DNA of 64,000 nt, from positions 2,208,001 to 2,272,000 of the forward strand of contig CBDDPY010000002.1 of NCBI GenBank assembly GCA_965232515.1. The letters are read 5' to 3'. The DNA comes from Alphaproteobacteria bacterium. GTDB lineage: Bacteria; Pseudomonadota; Alphaproteobacteria; GCA-2731375. The notes beneath the pieces are model-generated. The model was not told the origin of the DNA and did not search any database. It saw only the letters and a program-made list of their open reading frames with translations. The first letter of the stretch is position 1, and every line of letters begins with the position of its first letter. The translations under genes and the position numbers were made by a program. Below are positions 58,424-64,000 of this stretch, one piece after another.

Positions 58424-59338
58424 ATGACGGACGCGGTGATGACGGCGCAGCGGATCTCCGCGCGCTACTGGGCGCTGCTGGCATTGACGGCGGCGTTGTT
58501 TGCCAGCGCGTTCTTCATGAACAAGATCGCCGTCGCCAGTCTGGCGCCGCTGACGGTCGCGGCCGGCCGGGTGGTGGTGGCCGCGGCGATCGCGCTGGCG
58601 ATGCTGCGTCTGATGGGCGGCCGCCTGCCGACGCCGGGCCGGGACTGGCGGCCGCTGGTGGTCATCGGCCTGTTAACGACAGCGGTGCCGTTCACCGGGA
58701 TCGCCTGGGGCCAGCGCTATATCGACAGCGGCCTCGCCGGCATCATCTACGGCACGATCCCAATCTTCACCGTGCTGTTCGCGCATTTTCTAACCGCGGA
58801 CGAACGCTTCACGGCCCGCCGCGGCATGGGGGTCGCGGTCGGTCTCGGGGGCGTCGTGCTGATCTTTGGCCCGGCGGCGCTGGCGGGCATCGGCGACAGC
58901 CTGTTGGGCAGCGCACTCACACTGATGGCCGCCACCAGCCATGCCTTGGGCGCGATCTACGTGCGGCGGTGCCGGCATCTGTCGCCGGTCGTGCTGACAT
59001 CAGGGCAACTGGTGTGCGGTGCGCTTATCCTGGTGCCGCTGAGCCTGATTTTCGACGTGCCGTGGCAACTGCAGCCGACCGGATCCGCTTTGACCGCGGT
59101 CGTTGGCGTGGCGGTCGTCGGCACGGCCGTGCCGTTGTTGATCACCTTCTGGCTGATCCAGCGGATCGGCGCCACCAACACATCCCTGCTTGCGTTCCTG
59201 ATGCCGGTGATGGCGGTCGGCCTTGGCGCCGTGCTGCTGGGCGAATGGTTGCCCTGGCAAGCCTTCGCCGGCCTTGCCTTGATCCTGGTCGGTGCGGCCG
59301 CGGTCGGCGGCGGCCCGCCGCGGGCGCCAGACAATTAA
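58424..59338 (+). CDS. EamA/DMT family transporter
   Basis: About 10 TM in two repeats; IDSGLAGII, LGAVLLGE. Confidence 0.9.
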   Translation: MTDAVMTAQRISARYWALLALTAALFASAFFMNKIAVASLAPLTVAAGRVVVAAAIALAMLRLMGGRLPTPGRDWRPLVVIGLLTTAVPFTGIAWGQRYIDSGLAGIIYGTIPIFTVLFAHFLTADERFTARRGMGVAVGLGGVVLIFGPAALAGIGDSLLGSALTLMAATSHALGAIYVRRCRHLSPVVLTSGQLVCGALILVPLSLIFDVPWQLQPTGSALTAVVGVAVVGTAVPLLITFWLIQRIGATNTSLLAFLMPVMAVGLGAVLLGEWLPWQAFAGLALILVGAAAVGGGPPRAPDN

Positions 59339-59488
59339 ATTATCTCATCCGAAGGCAAGAAATTGTCATTTGCCCCAGGGACACCGCTGCCTGGATGATC
59401 TGACAGGCTTAGGTCTGGCGGCGCGATGCGGACAAATGCAGGCGCCCGTGCTGTGCGACGACCGGCGGCCCAACGGATGGAGAGCGTC

Positions 59489-60358
59489 ATGAGCGATACC
59501 ACGATCACGGCCAGCAACGACGGCGCCAAGACGAATTCACTCAGCCATGTCGTGGCGGCGCTCAACTATCTCGACAAGAGCGAGACGGCGCCGAAGTCCT
59601 ATATCGAGCCGCCCGAGACCGGCGTCGAGCCGCGGCGGCCGGAACGCAGCACGCAGGAAATGCCGATCTTCGATATCCGGCCCGTTGCCGGCGAGATCGA
59701 CCTCGATGCCGAGGGCTTCGCGCTGACCCGGCATGACAGCGCCGTCGGCGACTTCTACGACGAGGACGAAGTCAGGCGGGTCTACTATCCGGAGGTCGAG
59801 AAGCTGGTGCGCGCGGCGACCGGCGCCGTCAAAGTCGTCGTCTTCGATCACAACGTTCGCAACATGACCAAGGCCGAGGCCGGCGAGGCCAAAACCCGCC
59901 GGCCGGTCGACTATGTGCACAACGACTATACCGAGACATCGGGTCCGCAGCGGGTGCGCGACCTGCTGGACCCGGCCGCGGCGGACGCGCTGCTGCAGCA
60001 TCGCTTCGCCGTGATCAATGTCTGGCAGCCGATCCGGGGGCCGGTGCAGGACAAGCCGCTCGCCGTGCTGGATGCGCAGAGCATGGGGCCGAACGACTTC
60101 GTCGCTACGGACCTCGTCTACCGTGACCGGACCGGCGAGATCTACTCCGTGCACCACCGCCCGACGCACCGCTGGTACTACGTGTCGGAGATGCAGCCCG
60201 ACGAGGCGCTGCTGCTGAAGTGCTACGATTCAGCGACCGATGGCCGCGCCCGCTTCACCGCCCACTCGGCCTTCAGCAACCCGGCGGCACCCGCCGACGC
60301 CCGCCCCCGCGAAAGCATCGAGGCCCGCACGCTGGTCTTCTTTCCACCCGACAAGTAG
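59489..60358 (+). CDS. CmcJ/NvfI (AsaB-like) Fe/2OG oxidoreductase
   Basis: VFDHNVR, VHNDYT, INVWQPI, HSAF, RESIEAR. Confidence 0.8.
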   Translation: MSDTTITASNDGAKTNSLSHVVAALNYLDKSETAPKSYIEPPETGVEPRRPERSTQEMPIFDIRPVAGEIDLDAEGFALTRHDSAVGDFYDEDEVRRVYYPEVEKLVRAATGAVKVVVFDHNVRNMTKAEAGEAKTRRPVDYVHNDYTETSGPQRVRDLLDPAAADALLQHRFAVINVWQPIRGPVQDKPLAVLDAQSMGPNDFVATDLVYRDRTGEIYSVHHRPTHRWYYVSEMQPDEALLLKCYDSATDGRARFTAHSAFSNPAAPADARPRESIEARTLVFFPPDK

Positions 60359-60376
60359 CGCGGCAACGGCGCCATT

Positions 60377-60484
60377 TAATTCCGGTGACAGTAACCGTAA
60401 TTCGAAACGGTTGCGAGTAATTACGGTTACTGTCACCGGAATTACTCGCGCGAGCTTATCGAGATAAGGTTACTGTCACCGGAA
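60377..60484. repeat. REP/REPIN-like inverted-repeat element
   Basis: Perfect 26-bp arms 60377-60402 and 60419-60444 plus a third 17-bp copy at 60468-60484, between convergent genes. Confidence 0.8.
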
Positions 60485-60489
60485 CATGA

Positions 60490-61746
60490 TCAGGTGGCGT
60501 TGGCGCGGTCGATGATGGCGTGCAGGAGGACGTTGCAGCCGGCGGCGATGTCGGACTGGGTCGCGTTCTCGACCTCGTTGTGGCTGATGCCGTCCTCGCA
60601 GGGCACGAAGATCATGCCGGTCGGCGCCACGGTAGCGATGTGGCAGGCGTCATGGCCGGCGCCGGAGATGATGTCCATGTGGCTGAGGCCGGTGGCCTCG
60701 GCGCCGGCGCCGACGGCGGCGACACAATTGGCGTCGAACTTCAGCGGCGGCTGATACCAGATTTCGTCTAGGGCGATGTCGAGGCCGGCGTCGGCCCGCA
60801 CGCCATCGACGAAGGCTTCCAGCTCGGACTTCATCTTCGACAGCACCTCGTCCTCCGGATGCCGGAAGTCGATGCTGAAGAAGACCTGGCCCGGGATGGT
60901 GTTGCGCGAGTTCGGCCGCACCTCCATCTGCCCCACCGTGGCGCAGGCATAGGGCTGGTTAGCCAGGCCGATACGATTGATCTCCTGCACGATGCGTGAC
61001 GCGCCGACCAGTGCGTCGCGGCGGCGCGCCATCGGCGTCGGGCCGGCATGCGCTTCCTGTCCGGTGACGGTGCAGTCGAACCAACGCTGGCCCTGCGCGC
61101 CCTGCACGACGCCGATGGTCTTCTCCTCGGCCTCCAGGATCGGGCCCTGCTCGATATGCACCTCGAAGAAGGCGGCGATGTCGCTGCCGCCCATGGGCTG
61201 ATCGCCGAGATAGCCGATGCGTTCGAGTTCGCCGCCCATGGTCTTGCCGTCCATGTCGGCGATGTCGTGCGCGAAATCGAGCGCGAACTTGCCCACGTAA
61301 ACACCGGAGCCGACCATCGCCGGGGCAAAACGGCAGCCCTCCTCGTTGGTCCAGACCGAGACCTCGACCGGCCGCTGGGTCTCGTAGTTCAGGTCGTTCA
61401 GCGTGCGCAACACCTCGAGGCCGGCGAGCACGCCATAGACGCCGTCGAACTTGCCGCCAGTCGGCTGGGTGTCGAGGTGGCTGCCGGTCATCACCGGCGC
61501 CAGGCCGTCGTCCTTGCCGGCACGACGCGCGAAGATATTGCCCATCTGGTCGACGCGGATGGTGCAGCCCGCCTGTTTGCACCAGTCGACGAACAGGTCG
61601 CGGCCCTGCTTGTCGAGGTCGGTGAGCGCCTGCCGGTTGACGCCACCCTTCTCGGTCGCGCCGATTTGCGCCATCTCCATCAGGCTGTCCCACAGCCGGT
61701 CGGAATTGATCTTCAGGTTTGCCAAGCTGGCGATATCGGTGGTCAT
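60490..61746 (-). CDS. Zn-dependent N-carbamoyl-amino acid hydrolase (beta-ureidopropionase-like, M20 family)
   Basis: GSHLDTQPTGGKFDG, TNEEG, HIEQGP, SGAGHDA; ATG 61746 overlaps the ald stop. Confidence 0.9.
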   Translation of the reverse strand: MTTDIASLANLKINSDRLWDSLMEMAQIGATEKGGVNRQALTDLDKQGRDLFVDWCKQAGCTIRVDQMGNIFARRAGKDDGLAPVMTGSHLDTQPTGGKFDGVYGVLAGLEVLRTLNDLNYETQRPVEVSVWTNEEGCRFAPAMVGSGVYVGKFALDFAHDIADMDGKTMGGELERIGYLGDQPMGGSDIAAFFEVHIEQGPILEAEEKTIGVVQGAQGQRWFDCTVTGQEAHAGPTPMARRRDALVGASRIVQEINRIGLANQPYACATVGQMEVRPNSRNTIPGQVFFSIDFRHPEDEVLSKMKSELEAFVDGVRADAGLDIALDEIWYQPPLKFDANCVAAVGAGAEATGLSHMDIISGAGHDACHIATVAPTGMIFVPCEDGISHNEVENATQSDIAAGCNVLLHAIIDRANAT

Positions 61747-62861
61747 GCGGCAAGCGCCTCGTCGGCGGGTTGGTAGTCGAGGTTGAGGTCGCGGGCGACG
61801 GCTTCGTAGGTAACGCGGCCGGCGTGCACGTTGAGGCCGGCTTTCAGGTGCGCGTCGTCGGCCATGGCCTGCTTGAAGCCCTTGTCGGCGAGCCCCAGCA
61901 CGAAGGGCAGCGTCGCGTTGTTGAGCGCGAAGGTGGACGTGCGGGCGACGGCGCCCGGCATGTTGGCGACGCAATAGTGCACGACATCGTGCAGCTTATA
62001 GGTCGGCTGGTCGTGCGTCGTCGCCTTGCTGGTCTCGAAGCAGCCGCCCTGGTCGATGGCGACATCGACCAGCACCGAGCCGCGGCGCATCTGCCGCACC
62101 ATGTCCTCGCTGACAAGGCGCGGCGCGGCGGCGCCGGGCACCAGCACGGCGCCGACCACGAGATCGGCGTTCAGCACCTGGCGCTCGATATCGTCAACGG
62201 TGGAATAGATCGTGTTGAGCTTGGCGCCGAACAGCTCGTCCAATTCCTTCAGGCGGCGCAGGTTGCGCTCGATGATGGTGACGCGGGCTTCGAAGCCGAC
62301 GGCCATGCGGGCCGCGTTGGTGCCGACGACACCGCCGCCGATGATGACGACATCGGCCGCCTGGACGCCAGCGACGCCGCCCAGCAGCGCGCCGCGCCCG
62401 CCCTGCTCCATCTCCAGGCAGTGCGCGCCGGCCTGGATCGACATGCGACCGGCAACCTCGCTCATGGGCGCCAGCAGCGGCAGACCGCCGAAATCGTCGG
62501 TGACGGTCTCATAGGCGATAGCGGTGGCGCCCGACCCCATCAGGGCCTTGGTCTGGTCGGGATCGGGCGCCAGGTGCAAGTACGTGAACAGCACCTGGCC
62601 GTCGCGCAGCATGGCGCACTCGACCGCCTGCGGCTCCTTCACCTTGACCACCATGTCGGCGCGCGCGAAGACGTCGGCGGCCGTGCCAACGATCTCGGCG
62701 CCGGCCGCCTTGTAGTCGTCGTCGGCGAGACCGATCGCCAGGCCGGCATTGGTCTCGACGATGACCTGATGGCCGTGATGCACCGTTTCGCGCACGCTGG
62801 TTGGCGTCATGCCGACGCGATGTTCCTGGGACTTGATCTCTTTCGGGACGCCGATCAGCAT
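61743..62861 (-). CDS. ald: Alanine dehydrogenase
   Basis: [47 protein letters not shown]. Confidence 0.95.
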   Translation of the reverse strand: MLIGVPKEIKSQEHRVGMTPTSVRETVHHGHQVIVETNAGLAIGLADDDYKAAGAEIVGTAADVFARADMVVKVKEPQAVECAMLRDGQVLFTYLHLAPDPDQTKALMGSGATAIAYETVTDDFGGLPLLAPMSEVAGRMSIQAGAHCLEMEQGGRGALLGGVAGVQAADVVIIGGGVVGTNAARMAVGFEARVTIIERNLRRLKELDELFGAKLNTIYSTVDDIERQVLNADLVVGAVLVPGAAAPRLVSEDMVRQMRRGSVLVDVAIDQGGCFETSKATTHDQPTYKLHDVVHYCVANMPGAVARTSTFALNNATLPFVLGLADKGFKQAMADDAHLKAGLNVHAGRVTYEAVARDLNLDYQPADEALAA

Positions 62862-62874
62862 GGCGCGGCCACGC

Positions 62875-64000
62875 TCAATCCAAGGTCTTCAGGACGTCGG
62901 CGATGGTGCCGAACATCTGGTCGATGTGCTGCTTCTCCAGGATCAGCGGCGGCGACAGGGCGATGATGTCGCCGGTGGTGCGGGTCAGAAGGCCCTTCTC
63001 GTAGCATTTGAGGAAGGCATCGAAGGCGCGCGCCGTCGGCTTGCCGGGGATGGGTTCCAGCTCGATACCGCAGACGATGCCGAGGTTGCGCAGGTCGACG
63101 ACATGCGGCGCGCCTTTCAGCGAATGCACGGCGTCTTCCCAATAAGGCGCCAGCTCGGCCGCGCGCTCGAACAGGCCGTCGTCGCGATAGATGTCGAGCG
63201 CCGCCAACCCGGCCGCGGCGGCCAGCGGGTGGCCGGAATAGGTATAGCCGTGGAACAGCTCAATGGCGTTGTCCGGGCCGTCCATGAAGGCGTCGTAGAT
63301 TTCGTTGCGCGCGATCGCCGCGCCCATGGGCACGGTGGCGTTCGTCAGGCCCTTGGCGCAGGTGATCAGGTCCGGCTTGACGCCGAAATATTCCGCCGCG
63401 AAGGAGGCGCCGAGGCGGCCGAAACCGGTGATGACCTCATCGAAGATCAGCAGGATGCCGTGCTTGTCGCAGATCTCGCGCAGGCGCTCGAGATAGCCCT
63501 TCGGCGGAATCAGCACGCCGGTCGAGCCGGCCATGGGCTCGACGATGACGGCCGCGATGGTCGAGGCATCGTGCAGCGCGACCAGGCGCTCCAGGTCCTC
63601 GGCCAGATGCGCGCCCCATTCGGGCTGCCCCCGGCTGAAGGCCATCTCGGACGGATCGTAGGTGTGGCGCAGATGGTCGACGCCGTTCACCAGCGGGCCG
63701 AAGAACTTGCGGTTGTTCGGGATGCCGCCAACGGAAATGCCGCCGAAGCCGACGCCGTGATAGCCGCGCTCGCGGCCGATCAACCGGGTGCGCGTGCCCT
63801 CGCCCCGGACACGGTGATAGGCGATGGCGATCTTCAGCGCGCTGTCGACCGCTTCGGAGCCGGAATTGGTGAAGAACACACGCTCCATCCCGGCGGGCAG
63901 GATCTCGGTCAGCCGGCTGGCGAACTCGAAGATAAGCGGGTGGCCCATCTGGAACGGTGGCGCATAGTCCATGACGTCGACCTGCGCCTTGACCGCTTCC
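62875..64000 (-). CDS. Omega-amino acid:pyruvate (beta-alanine-pyruvate) aminotransferase, class III; 5' end outside window
   Basis: DYAPPFQMGHP, GYHGVGFGG, IFDEVITGFGR, TCAKGLT, HGYTYSGHP. Confidence 0.92.
   Translation of the reverse strand, partial: EAVKAQVDVMDYAPPFQMGHPLIFEFASRLTEILPAGMERVFFTNSGSEAVDSALKIAIAYHRVRGEGTRTRLIGRERGYHGVGFGGISVGGIPNNRKFFGPLVNGVDHLRHTYDPSEMAFSRGQPEWGAHLAEDLERLVALHDASTIAAVIVEPMAGSTGVLIPPKGYLERLREICDKHGILLIFDEVITGFGRLGASFAAEYFGVKPDLITCAKGLTNATVPMGAAIARNEIYDAFMDGPDNAIELFHGYTYSGHPLAAAAGLAALDIYRDDGLFERAAELAPYWEDAVHSLKGAPHVVDLRNLGIVCGIELEPIPGKPTARAFDAFLKCYEKGLLTRTTGDIIALSPPLILEKQHIDQMFGTIADVLKTLD

Noticed and set aside
57529-59403. 624-aa plus-strand ORF
   Set aside because: Off-frame overlap of the lipoprotein and EamA genes, with low-complexity Arg-rich translation
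60377-60484. Possible mini CRISPR array
   Set aside because: Repeats are inverted and unevenly spaced, with no spacer pattern and no cas genes

Overview
High-GC bacterial chromosomal DNA, most likely alphaproteobacterial (choXWV-betI-betA, fused TRAP DctQM, a CtrA-like box). No rRNA, tRNA, CRISPR array, integrase or transposase was recognised. Main blocks: (1) 1-20091, a large CoA-dependent catabolic region (amidase, PaaK-like ligase, two MmgE/PrpD proteins, a family-I CoA transferase, three CaiB/BaiF transferases, two acyl-CoA dehydrogenases, two MaoC hydratases, a CitE-like lyase, a GAF protein, a PuuE-like deacetylase, a TRAP transporter) with a GntR/UTRA regulator and five copies of the palindrome ATTTGTCCGGACAAAT. 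(2) 20793-24510, a putative regulator-PspA-YqiJ-flotillin operon. (3) 24890-32024, a two-component pair followed by DUF1611-like NTPase, ABC half-exporter, AspH-like hydroxylase and alpha/beta hydrolase. (4) 32158-36451, accessory genes: NAL1-like protease plus small partner, an orphan, an SDR, and a NUDIX plus multi-TM pair. (5) An ABC exporter with an unannotated leader peptide. (6) Choline uptake/oxidation. (7) 44184-46548, a lower-GC three-gene island (large uncharacterised enzyme-like protein, Xre antitoxin, RES toxin) whose promoter lies in seven 12-bp-phased repeats; this is the best candidate for an undescribed system. (8) A cecR-ybhGFSR-like efflux operon, assorted enzymes, a REPIN-like element and beta-alanine/pyrimidine catabolic genes. 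Products are assigned by eye from motifs; no searches were run.
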